Positions 1 to 12,119 of a DNA stretch of 64,000 nt are shown here, one piece after another; the first letter of the stretch is position 1, and each line of letters starts with the position of its first letter. The notes beneath the pieces were generated by a model. It searched no databases. It was not told the origin of the DNA and saw only the letters and a list, made by a program, of their open reading frames with translations. Both the position numbers and the translations under genes were made by a program. Source of the DNA: Octopus sinensis (taxonomy: Eukaryota). The DNA lies in the NCBI RefSeq assembly GCF_006345805.1, contig NC_042998.1, forward strand, positions 60,822,001 through 60,886,000, given 5' to 3'.

Positions 1-1169
1 GCTAGTGCAGCTTTTTTTCCTTCCAAATGTCACATCTTAAATATTCTATTAGGTCAAGAGTGATGTATCTGAAAGAGCTGTTTGTCTACTTGTAAAAGAA
101 TAAACAAAAGTGTAGTTCAAGTTACCAGGTCATACTTGCTTGTGAGTGATGATAAAGCCCATGTAGCACAGAGTACCACAGTCTCCTCTGTCATCCTCTT
201 AAACTAGTGCTTTTCATTTCATCATCAGCAATCACTTCTTGCAAAAGAGTTCTTCAGTTTTCCTTTAGACAAACCTTTAATGCCTTATCTATAAATGTTT
301 GTTGTTAGATCCCCACTTAACATAGACACTTGCTTTATTCTTTACAAAAATGTAAGCAAAATAATATTAAGGTTTGCACAGATATTATTTTTAATACTGT
401 TGCATTAGCATAGAATTAGCAATCCCGTCTGTTAATTACTGCTGCCCTGGTTTCATTTAACTAAAATTAAGTTTCAAAGGGTAAAAATAATCTTCCAGGT
501 TTTTTTTTCTTAGTGCTTGGAAATGAAGCGGGCTCAGCATAAAACCAAATAGTGGCAGTTGGGGAACAAAATCATAAGAAAAATATCTGCTGCTTTTGTA
601 GCAATAGTTTGAGACTTTATCTATGATGGAGGCTGGTTTCTTCATTGGGAGCAGTTCATGTAATTTAAATGAGTTTAATGCCATTACAATTAGCTTAATG
701 TATAAATCCCATTTTACCAACTTGCCTGAGATCACCTTTGGTTCTTTGAAAAAAAAAAAACAAAACAAAAAAAAACCTTTGTTTTAAAGTGGTCTAAATT
801 AAAACCTTCCAAAAACATTTCATGTTGATATATTTTCCAGCACCATCTTAACCCCGATAATCTATTAATAAATTCTTCAGTATTTTCAAAACTGAAACAA
901 AGGTAATGTATTTCAATCAAAATAGAGCAACAGTTTTCTCTCTTTCCTGTAAATCTGAAGCCATCTGTCAACTTCTATGAGGGATATGGAGAAAATGTTT
1001 CCTATTTTTGCTGTGTTTTTAACATTAAAATTTTATCTTTTAGATCAGAAATAAATCTATAATCATTTATTGATTAACAGTAATTAAAAGGACATTGAAT
1101 TTTTCTTTCAATTCCTTATAGAATTTGTGCTAATAGTTCTTAATTATTGATATTTGTATCAGAAATAAG

Positions 1170-1990
1170 GTGTTGAGCTGGCAGAATCATTAACACACCC
1201 GGCAAAATGCTTAGTAGCATTCCGTCTGTCTTCATGTTCTGAGTTCAAATTCCATCGCGGTTGACTTTGACTTTCCTCCTTTCAAGGTTGATAAAGTGAG
1301 TACCCACCACCCCTGAAATTGCTGGCCTTGTGCCATAATTTGAAATAATTGTTTTTCATCTTTACAGTCAGAGTTCAAATCCTACCAAGGTCAACGTTAT
1401 TTTCAGAGTTGATAAAATAAAGTACCAGTCAATCACTGGTGTTAATGTAATCAGCTAAACTCTACCCCCAAAATTCAGGTCTATGCTAGCAAATAAGTTG
1501 TGCCTGTGTTAAGAATTGTTATAATGAAATCAATATTATTCTTGTTGAGATGGGCAGAATGGTTGGAGTATTGGACAAAATAGCTTGTGGTGTTTGTTCT
1601 GCCTTTTTACATTCTCAGTTCAAATCCTGCCATGGACAATTTTGTCTTTCATCCCTTCCGGTTTGATAAAGTACTGCTCATGTACTGTTGTTGATTTTAC
1701 CAACTAACCTCCTCTGCCTAAATTTCAAATCCTATGTGTATGTTGGAATCAATTATTAATATAAAGAATTATTAAATTTTACACCCCACCAGTGTCAGTT
1801 TACCTGTCATTCTTCTGGAGTTTTATAAAATTTGTATCAAATGTATTAATTCAGTCAATTATACTCTCAATCTCTCCCCCATGTAGGGTCTTATATCAAA
1901 TTTAGAAACAATATCAACAACTAAATTTTCCTAAGGTCTATTTTTGCCTTTCATCTTCCTGGAGTCAATAAAATAAGTACTGGTTATATA
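1170..1990 (+). mobile_element. Cluster of degraded tRNA-derived SINE family A copies
   Basis: gagctggcagaatc head and gagttcaaattcc B-box, with repeated core fragments (ctttcatcc...gataaa...gtacc), heavily CpG-decayed. Confidence 0.7.
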
Positions 1991-2172
1991 CTGTTGTTAT
2001 TAACATTAACTGTTTTTTCTTCCCAGTTTTTTTTTGGTCTTGCACCTATTTTAGAATTATTATTATTTTCATTATCATCATCATTATTATTATTATTATT
2101 ATTACTATTTGTATATTGTTTTGTTGCTGCTGACTTTCTTTTTTATTTCATAATGCATGTTATACATACACA

Positions 2173-2208
<36 letters not shown>

Positions 2209-2746
2209 AATCTTAATCTTCACATACCATTATGTCAAGTTTCTACTTTCTGACCTTTAGATGATTATTGAAAAATAGTGGGGATCGGGGTGAGGTGGGG
2301 GACTTTTTAGTACTTCATATGGGTGAAGTCATATGTTATGACACAATATGTCAGTTGCTTCGCTTCGCTTACAATTTACTTGTCAAACAATATATTCTTT
2401 CTGATGGATATTTCTTTGTGACTGTCTTTGCAAAGTCATCACCAATATCCAACATTAACAAGTGCCTTGATTCACTTATATCTTGAACTTATTCATGTGT
2501 CATATATTCAATTGCAAAACAGCAGTCTAATTTATCAAAAAGTTCTATTGTATGGCCATTCCAAATAAATTTTCTGTAAATATGATTTGGATTGGCAGTC
2601 TAAATTTAGTCATCATGGCCAATGAAAAAAATGTTATGCGATGCGGAGTAATGATGAAAAAGCTCCAATTTTTAAAATGCATACAGATTTTAAATAAAAT
2701 GGCATGCACTCATTGATTGATGGAATTCTGATCATATAACTTTTGT

Positions 2747-2890
2747 ATTCCATGCTGGCATGAGTTGGATGGTTCAACTGGATCCAAGAAGCCTGAAGGC
2801 TCTACTGGTCTCCAATATCTGTTCTGGCAAGGTTTCTATAGCTATATGCCCTTCCTAACTCCAACCACTTTACTGTATATACAAGGTGCT
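2747..2890. mobile_element. Degraded copy of the (GAT)n-tailed short interspersed repeat
   Basis: Similar to 5221-5365 (ttccatgctggcatg...ggcaaggtttctatagct...gcccttcctaac). Confidence 0.6.
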
Positions 2891-3320
2891 TTTTATTTTT
2901 CATACTACAGAAAAAAAATATATAATATTTTTACTATACATAGTATCAGCAAACTGTATACATTGGGTAGGAGTCGTTTGTTTGGTTTTGTTTATTTTTC
3001 AATGTTCATTGAAAGATCAGTCACAAGAAACATGGAGTATTCGTTTGTGAAGATTCAACTTCCAATGAATTATAAATCACCCTGCTTAGAGTGTTATTAA
3101 ATACTCTTCGTCTCTTTCATTTATTTAGGCTCATATGCATCCATTTATTTATTTATATATGTGTGCTAGTGTGTGTGTATGTGTAAGGCATGTATGTGTG
3201 CATGCACATTTTCAACGACACACTCTGAAATACACATACAATGAGAAAGACATTCACACATGCACATGTACAGTGTTGTTTCCAAGATTTCTGGTGTTGT
3301 AATGTGGTTTGTCTGTTCAG

Positions 3321-3401
3321 GTCAACTGTTTCCAAGAATGACAGCAGTGGTCCATTTAACCAAGACCAGCAGCCTTTAGTTGCGATTATGTCAGATGACA
3401 G
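3321..3401 (+). CDS. FAM219: Penultimate coding exon of FAM219-family gene (phase 2-2, 81 nt; STVSKNDSSGPFNQDQQPLVAIMSDDS)
   Basis: Acceptor gtctgttcag| and donor |gtgagt. The open frame ends DQQPLVAIMSDDS, resembling the recalled FAM219A motif DEKPLVALDTDSDDD, and splices in frame to the 11757 exon. Upstream exons were not found in the window. Confidence 0.85.
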
Positions 3402-3474
3402 GTGAGTTTTGACTGCTGCTGCTGTTACTGTTACTACTACTACTAATACTAATACTGCTGCTGCTATTGGTTAG

Positions 3475-3550
3475 ATGTCAGCTCTCTCTCTCTCTACCTC
3501 TCTCTCTGTTTCTTTCTCTTTGATTGCTATCCTTGCTTTTCTCTCTTTGT

Positions 3551-3584
<34 letters not shown>

Positions 3585-3830
3585 ACCTTGCTATCTCCCT
3601 GTGCCTCCTTCCCTCTGCTTCTGCCCCTCCATCTCATATTTCTCTGTAACTTCTTTCCTCTTTCTTTCATATCTTTGTCCTTCTCCTTTCTCTTTCTCTC
3701 TCTCTCCTGTCCACTATCAAGTTCACTCTATCATTTCACTCACCTCCTTTCTCCTTTTCATCTAACTCTCTTTTGTACTTATCATCTTCTCTCTCTTCTC
3801 TTCTCGTTCCTCTAGTATTCTCCAGTTTTA
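3475..3830. repeat. (CT)n / polypyrimidine low-complexity tract
   Basis: Direct inspection. Confidence 0.9.
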
Positions 3831-4339
3831 GCCCTTCTGATTTCTTATTTCTTCTTATTACCTCTTGTCCTCTCCAGTTCCCTTTCTGATAGATATTCTC
3901 CATCCTACTACCTATCAACCTCTTTATAATTGTGTCATTCATTGCAAATTTAATATTTCCTTACTAACCCTTCAGACTTATCAAAGACTATTTAAAGTAT
4001 TCCATCACCACCCCACCTATGAAATTCTCACAAAATTTTATTCATTTGCTCCTGTTATTTATGTTTAAATTTTATTATTACCAATGGTTCACATACTGAA
4101 CACACACACATACACACACAGTCTACAGCAAGTAGTTTTGGTGTTTTATCTCTAATATTTAACGATCACAGAAAATTTGGCTTCCCCTCTTTTTTTTTTT
4201 CTTTCTCCCAATGAACTTATGTTGAGATCTAAATTTGGTTTAGAAACAATTTACACTGTTAGCAAAGCCATGATGTGTAAGTCAGCTCTTCATTCATTCA
4301 TTGATGAGCTTCATGTTTCCTTTTATATATTTGCTTCTA

Positions 4340-4520
4340 CATACACCCAGCAACCCTGGTTACCTACCAAGAAATAGAAAAAGAGCTTTTTTCACCTACC
4401 AGAAGTGGTAAATATCCAAGTGAGATCTATACCACAGCAAAGATTGGGGCTACATATGTTTCATAGCAAGCAGAACTTCAGAAGTGGTAAATATCCAAGT
4501 GAGGTGTATACCACAGCAAA
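4340..4520. mobile_element. Rearranged fragment of the foldback/MITE family seen at 5760-6160
   Basis: 4340-4399 is similar to the reverse complement of 5759-5818. 4440-4500 matches 5855-5913. A 41-bp direct repeat lies at 4401-4441 and 4480-4520. Confidence 0.7.
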
Positions 4521-5212
4521 TATATATATATATGTTTTATATATTCACTCTTGCATAATTTTGTGAGAAAGATTTTCTTGATCAATTTTAAGCATTTGGC
4601 CTAATTTTGGTCATGTCCATTTCCATTTTTATTTCTCACTAAACAGATTTACTAATCAAATTTACCTAGCTCACTCTATTATTTCTTCAGTTTATTTTCT
4701 GGCAATTTATACTTAACACGTACTTGCACTTTTGTCTTTACCAATATACTCTCTTTTTCAATGCAGTTGAAAATGCAGTCTGGTTTATGTTATTGTTTTT
4801 GTAATTAAAATTTAAATAAAATCTTTCCTTTAGATTTCCCCGTTACTACAAATGAGAAAGAATTAAAATAAAAGTAAATTTCAGTTTTCCAATTTGAATT
4901 TTCAAATTTCAAAATTTAGAGGTTTCAGAAATTCAATTGCGGGATCTTAATATTCATATTAGGAACTTTAATTACAATCCAATAACATTAAGAAATTTTG
5001 TGATTATTTAAATTTCAAATTACAGACTTGTGTTGTTTCTGATTTCAAATTCAAATCTGAGAAGTTTTAAAATTGTTTTATCAATTTCAATGCCAAATAC
5101 AAAAGTAAAACATTAAACAAAATGTAAGTCTTGAATCACAATTCCTTTCCCTTTATTATACACATTCTACAACCAAGTTTATTACCCATGTCATATTGGC
5201 ATATTATATATA

Positions 5213-5718
5213 TCATCATCCTCCTCATCATCATCGTTTAACGTCCGCTTTCCATGCTAGCATGGGTCGAACGATTTGACTGAGGTCTGGCGAACCAAAT
5301 GGCTGCACCAGACTCCAGTCTGATCTGGCAGAGTTTCTATAGCTGGATGCCCTTCCTAACTGCAACCATTCCATTTGATTTTTATTTATATCAACGTAAA
5401 AGTCAAATGGAAATTGTAGTTGTGATACCTGTGTCGGTGGCACGTAAAAAGCACCCACTACACTCACGGAGTGGTTGGCATTAGGAAGGGCATCCAGCTG
5501 TCGAAACTGGAGCCTGGTGCAGCCTCCTGGCTTCCCAGACCCTGGTCGAACTGTCCAACCCATGCTAGCATGGAAAACAGACGTTAAACGATGATGATGA
5601 TGATCATCATCATCGTTTAACGTCTGTTTTCCATGCTAGCATGGGTTGGACAGTTCGACCAGGGTCTGGGAAGCCAGGAGGCTGCACCAGGCTCCAGTTT
5701 GATCTGGCAGAGTTTCTA

Positions 5719-5720
<2 letters not shown>
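5213..5720. mobile_element. Three alternating-orientation copies of the (GAT)n/(CAT)n-tailed short interspersed repeat, including a 197-bp palindrome
   Basis: catcatcgtttaacgtc...ttccatgctagcatggg motif at 5228 and 5612, and its reverse complement ending near 5600. Confidence 0.85.
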
Positions 5721-5755
<35 letters not shown>

Positions 5756-5759
5756 AAGG

Positions 5760-6160
5760 TAGGTGAAAAAAGTTCTTTTTATATTTCTTGGTAGATGACC
5801 AGGGTTGCTGGGTGTATGCAAAAGAATACAAGAGTTACGGAACAGAGTAGGTAAGATTAGGGCTACATATGTTTCATTGCAAGCAGAACTTCAGAAGTGC
5901 TAAATATCCAAGTTGAGGATATCTTGATTAAATGAAGTGTTACATTGTCGCAAGGAGGTACATGTTGGCGCCTGGAAAGTTCAGTCAGATGTGTGTATAC
6001 ACTTCACTTGGATATTTACTGGTTCCGAGGTTCTGCTCACTCTGAAACATATGTAGCCTGGATCTTATCTACTCCATTCCGTAACTCTTGTATTCCTTTT
6101 TGAACACCTGGCAACTCTGGTTGCTTACCATGAAATATAAAAAGGACTTTTTTCAGCTTA
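5760..6160. mobile_element. Foldback / MITE-like element with ~155-bp imperfect terminal inverted repeats
   Basis: Arms 5760-5913 and 6006-6160 are reverse-complementary (e.g. gaatacaagagttacggaa / ttccgtaactcttgtattc). TA occurs at both outer ends. Confidence 0.8.
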
Positions 6161-6309
6161 TATTTCGATATGAAAAATATCCAGATCCACAAACTTCCAT
6201 CTCACTAAACCACTATGGTCCCTGAAAGTTGTTTTTTATATTTTATTACGGATAACTTAAAGCTAACTTTCTTCCACCTCGATCCCCAAATCTTACATTT
6301 ATATATATA

Positions 6310-6485
6310 AATCAGTTATGATGACAGGGGTTCCAGTTGGTCCAATCAACAGAACAGTCTGCTCGCGAAATTAATGTGCAAGTGGCTGAGCACTCCACAA
6401 ACACTTGTACCCTACATGTAGTTCTCAGGGAGATCCAGCATGACACAATGCGATAAGACTAACCCTTTGAAATACAGGTATAGGA
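6310..6485 (-). mobile_element. SINE family C 3' fragment
   Basis: Similar to 58710-58870 (gggttccagttg...aacagtctgctcgcgaaattaatgtgcaagtggctgagcactccac). Confidence 0.75.
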
Positions 6486-9400
6486 ATAGATAAGGATATA
6501 GTATCCAGGTGGGTACTGTATGAGCACTGTTATAATCTAGCTTATGGTTAATCTCCTCAAGTTGTAAAGAACACCTATGATTACTTAAGGTTAGCAATCC
6601 CAATATATTTCATCCGATGGATAAATCCTGGGGTTCCTTCACTGGATTATAACTATTTTACTGAGTGTATATCCAAGACAATTACAATGAACATGGAGAT
6701 TAGTACAATTGTACAGCATATTTGATTTAAATGTGTCTGACTTACATTTCTGCTGCATAGACATCTCACAAATGCATTTGACTGGGTACTAGTTCAAGCA
6801 ACTTTATTCAAGGTCCATCCACTTGAAGCGGATTAAGTGTATATATGTTTAGCTGCATGCATATCTAGACTTTCAGCGAATAAGGGGAGCTTTAGAAAAA
6901 GGAAAACTGTTATAATAATGCTCTAGCAGAAGTAGGTTGTGGGAATAGGTTACTATTTAACCCCATGAACCAAAGAAAGAAGCATGCAAGTATGCATGGA
7001 ACCCAGAACCTAGAAGTTACAAACACAGAGAATGGTAATAATAACTGGAAAATGCCCCCATAGGGAAATTAACGGGCAGACCCCAGAATAGCAATAGCAG
7101 AAATAATTGCATACTGCACTGGGTTGGTAGCATAAGCAGTAGTAATAGTGACAGACGTGATATAGAAAGTGCAAAACTAATAGCCTAAGCAATACTAGGA
7201 CAGGTGTCAAAAATAGGAACAACTTCCTTTTGAAAGGGAATATACTATGTACTACTAATGTAAACAACTTCGAGAATAAATCCCTTCCGGCTAAATTTTC
7301 TGCTGCTTTAAATAGGCAATTTTTCTAAATTGAAGAAATACAATAGAATCTTTAATCAACACACTTTTCAATTGATAAAACCGGCAAAAGACTACGTGAA
7401 CTACTTCCTGTCTTTACGTTTACCTCCTACATACCCACCCCCGACTTCCAGCTTATGAATTCTTCTATATATAGTAAAACTTCTACTATACTTTTGGTAT
7501 TTCATTATTCAGCCAATTAGTTTTGTTGGACTCAGTGTGACATTCATCATAATTTTTATCATCATCATCATAATTACCACAAAACTTTATCATTGCACTT
7601 GAATCATTATGATAGTTAATTAGTCGAGTAGCTCCTATCAGCTGTAACTGAGCAACTTGTGGCATAGTGATTTCTCAACACCTTTGTTCTCTTATACTAA
7701 TGGTACCTTGTTTTGTCAGTCTTGATACGATTTAATTTTAGTTTACAATTGTAACTTTCCAAACTTCTTCTTAGTGCAGAATTGCACCTTAACGGTGAAC
7801 TTGAGTCGATAACTCTAGCTGTCCAGCTGCTCCTGTCCTACCTGTTAAATATGTTGCCTTTCCAGCTCACTCTTTAGTGTGTTATATGCTTAAAAGATAA
7901 TCTAACGGGTCTTTGTCTGCTGAATCCTTTTCGGCACCTATTTGTAGGAAAATTCATTGGGTTATTGTTAATAATGCACAAGAGTGCTGGTGAATGAACA
8001 AGATTCATAGACTCTTCAACAGTTATCCCTCATACCATTCGTTGGCCTAGATATAACCTTGGAAAAGTGAACATGTAGTAGAACACACAGACACACACCA
8101 TTCATTTTTTGGGGACAGTGAAACTCAAAACAGCTAAAGCTATAAATAACAGTGTGTTATTGGGTTAAAAATCTTTTCCTTTCCAGATCTATACATGCTA
8201 TTATTTGTAGCATTATCTGTTTCAAGTTTCACCATTCCAAAAAAGAATTATTTCACATTCTCAAAGTTTATAAATTCTTATGACATAACTTTTCCTTCAA
8301 GTATAGGTTAGATGGTGATTTAAGGCAAGATTCTGTGGCTGGACACTCTTCTGACCCCTACTTGTTTTTCAAGTAAGGGATGTTTTATTCCACATGTCTT
8401 CAAATGTACAGAGCTACAAATTTCAAGAAGCTGAGGTCATAACAAGAAATGTAATGCACGCACACATGCAGATGCATGAACACGTGCGAACACACACACA
8501 CACATGACAGGTTTGCTAGTTTTTTGTCTATTTACCATGTGTGTGTGTGTAACTACATTTTCTCCACTCTAATTCAGCTTTTGAGTCAAAGAAAATTTCA
8601 TGATATAGTCTCAAGAAATATATTGCTGAAAGAAAGGTGCTAAGATCTCTAACTTTTGGAATTGAAACAGTTTTCAACAAAACTGGAGATTATAACTTTC
8701 TTCTGTTACATCCAGCAACACATAAATACTTACATCACAGTGTTACCCTCATATGTCCATAAGTAGAACATATGTATTGGATGCTAGACCTGTGTGTTAC
8801 CCCTAAATATTGGCTATCTCTATGTTGTAGGTCTGCTTAAGCACAGCTGACCAGGACTACTTGCAAACAAAATCAACAACAACAAACTTATTTCTCTATT
8901 CATGCACTTTTTCATTTTTATGCATCTTCTACAATAACATGCTATACTATTTGCTTTCTATTTTGACTTGCTTAGTAGTTTTTCTTCTTCCTCACAACAT
9001 ATTCACTCGGTTATCTTGTGCACATACCATTGCTATGTTTTCTAGTTATAGTTCACTGAACATCATTATTTCCTATTTCATTTACTTTGACTTTGCATGG
9101 CTTAATTTATTAATTTAACATCCTTCACATCAACTCACTGCTCTTAATCAATTTCATTCTATTAATTAAAAATTCTTGGTTTAGTTGCATCAAAGCAAAG
9201 CATTATCATTCTTATAGAATAATAAAGCTTTGCCTTGTTTGGTTCAGCTGATTATAACATTCAATAAAATACTTTGTTTCAGCTTTCTTACTTTTGTTTT
9301 GGTTTTTCAAAGATTTTAAATGTTTTGATTTGCATATGAAATGTATAGGAAAATTTGCAATACTGAATTTTTAATATGAACATTAATTCTTGTTGGTAAA

Positions 9401-9924
9401 TTAAGCTGGCCATGAGTATTGAAGAGCATAAAGTAATTTAAAAGGGAAAAGGTAATAAATAGTTTTGAACCAAGTGGTAGTATAGAATATATATGAGAAA
9501 AGTGTAGACTTTGTGATCATGTGGATTAAGTGATGATCATGAGTTCAGATCCTTCCATGAACACTTCCTTAATCTATTCAAGCTATTTACCTACAAAATT
9601 TATGCTACTAAATACCTGTGTGTGTGTATGATTGCTACAAATTTCAAGGTGCTAAAGACTAATATCAATAGACTAAATGTGCAGTAGTCAGAATTTTCAA
9701 ATATTTAAATTTCTTGTAATTACAGAGAGAAAGTAGTTCAGATACTTGATGTAATCCACTGCAAGACAACAAGTTCAAATCTTGCTACATGCATTGTTGT
9801 ATATCTAAACAAATAATTAATATTGTTTATGTTAAGTTATATATGAAAGACAATTTGACATTGAACTGAGAAATTACTCGGTACTTTTTTGTAGAGTATG
9901 TGTTTATTAAGCATTTACAGTATC

Positions 9925-10460
9925 ATGGTGAGGCTGTGTGGTAAGAAATGTTAGCATGCTGGGCGAAATGCTTATCGGTATTTCGTCTGCTGTTACGCTC
10001 CGAGTTCAAATTCCGCCGAGGTTGACTTTGCCTTTCATCCTTTCGGGATTGATAAATTAAGTCCCAGTTATACACTGGGGTTGATGTAATCGACTTAATC
10101 CGTTTTTGTCTGTCCTTGTTTGTCCCCTCTATACTGCCCTTGTGGGCAGTAAAGAAATAAGAAGTTTGCTTCCCAACCACTTGGTTCTGGGTTCAGTCCC
10201 GCAGTGTGGCACTTTGGACAAATGTCTTCTATAGCTTTGGGTCAACCTTGTGAGTGGATTTGGTAGATGAAAACTGAAAGAAACCCATCGAGTGTGTGTG
10301 TGTGTCTTTGTCCCCCCCCCCACTCCTCGACAACTGGTGTTGGTGTATTTACATCCTCGCAAATAAAGAAATTCATAACTTAGCATTTCAGCATTAGAGA
10401 TTGCTAGTATAAGTACCGGCTTAAAAAAAATACTAGAGTCGATTCGTTTGACTAAAACAG
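9925..10460 (+). mobile_element. SINE family B copy with a nested family A insertion (~9948-10158)
   Basis: B head ggctgtgtggtaagaa is interrupted by family A sequence and resumes at taagaagtttgcttcccaacc. The short duplication taagaa flanks the insert. Confidence 0.75.
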
Positions 10461-11335
10461 ATAAAAGTTAAACAGAAGATTGGACCATTCCTACTACTCA
10501 ATTCCAAAAGTTACTGAAAACCAACAGGTGCTCAGCATGTTATCAGTCATCTTCAAAGCCCCAAACCCCACCTAAAAATGAAATCTTTCTTCTAACACTT
10601 GTTTCTTGAAGCTACTGCACTTTAGTCAGAATATAAACACTGCCATCTGCAAAGCTTTCCACAGGAGAGAGAGCTAAATATATGGCTAGCCTTCTCAGGA
10701 TATTTCCCTGTGGAAATATCTGTTGAAGACTCCCCACGACCACCACTACCACTTCACTCATAACATAATCCTATGCTGGCTTGCTAACTGTCATATGCCT
10801 ACATATGAGATCATGTGTGCCAGTTGTACATTGGCAGTACTATTCGGCCACTACACTTTCTAATCAAAGAGTATCTCAATGCATGCACTCTAATCTTTTT
10901 AAAATCCATCTTGACAAATGCAAAAACATTTAAAACAAGGACACCAAAAAAAAATGTATATATATGTCAACTGCTACCATTAAAGCTATAGATCACAATA
11001 TCAATTACTAAAAAGCTATTCTAATTAAAAAAAAAAAAAAGAAAATTGCAAACCCACAGTCAGCAATCAGCTCAAACTGAATGAATGCCAGTAGATGCTG
11101 TAAATACAATGATTCACAGTTCTTGACCTACTTTTCCCTTGCTCACACAACCTACAACAAAATGTAGATCATGGAACACAGTTGAAACATCAAATATCTG
11201 CATCTTTTAAAAACACTGTAATTTTATTAGGATCTGACACCAACAAACTGGACATGTAATTTATCTCATTAAAATTTTAACTTGAAATATCAGGACAATT
11301 TATACATTTCTAAGGTAACATTTCAATATCTTTGT

Positions 11336-11367
<32 letters not shown>

Positions 11368-11756
11368 ATGCTCTATCTACATTGATATTACCTTCTATAA
11401 CACACCAATTTTCTGATGTTAATGGCAATTGAATAATATTTGCAGATGTGGTGCCAGGTTTGTGATATTTAAAATAGTTATTATGCAAATTTAGTTAATA
11501 TTTGAAGCAATGTAGTTCCTTTATATTTTTTAACTTCTTTTATTTCAATGAAATTTAATCTAGTATTTCTGAATAGAATTTAATATTGTGTTATCAATTA
11601 AAATTTTTTTTTTTTTTTGTGATGAATTTCTAATTTATAGTCTGATACAATCTCTTAATCTTTGCAATTTTCTGAATGGACTGAAGTATTTCTTTTTTAT
11701 TTTAGCAATCTGTGTCAGATATATTGAATTATTTTGTCTAATATTTTATTCTATAG

Positions 11757-11943
11757 CAGCGAAGATGATTTTACATCCCATCTTTCAAAAACTGCCCACA
11801 AAGAAATCACTGAGCAGCTTATCAAAGATGGTTTCAACCTTGACTTAGAACCGGATGATGAAGACCTTGACCTTATTCCCCCACGTCCAATGAATGAACG
11901 ATGTGTGTGTTGCAATATGCATTCGAACTGTGCACTCCAATGA
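11757..11943 (+). CDS. FAM219: Terminal coding exon of FAM219-family gene
   Basis: Translates (S)SEDDFTSHLSKTAHKEITEQLIKDGFNLDLEPDDEDLDLIPPRPMNERCVCCNMHSNCALQ*. This matches the recalled FAM219A C-terminus (QLLKDGYRLDEIPDDEDLDLIPPKSVNPTCMCC...CHIQ). A pyrimidine-rich acceptor ending tatagcag precedes it. Confidence 0.92.
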
Positions 11944-12113
11944 ATGGGACACTTATCAACCAAAAAGAAAAACGAAACAAAAAAAGAAGATTCGTGCTGG
12001 AAGATTCTTGCATTTAATTGGAGGTGAGAACATTAACGAAAGTGTTCTCCATTGTTATATATATATATATGTTTACCTCTTTCTTTCTGTAATACTCTGT
12101 ATATATTAATGAA

Positions 12114-12119
12114 AATAAA
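12114..12119 (+). terminator. Candidate polyadenylation signal for FAM219
   Basis: First AATAAA, ~170 nt after the stop codon. AT-rich background makes chance matches likely, and the 3' UTR may be much longer. Confidence 0.3.

Noticed and set aside
457-971. Minus-strand ORFs of 103 and 79 aa
   Set aside because: AT-rich intronic sequence with poly-A/T runs, no recognisable domain and no consistent splice structure.
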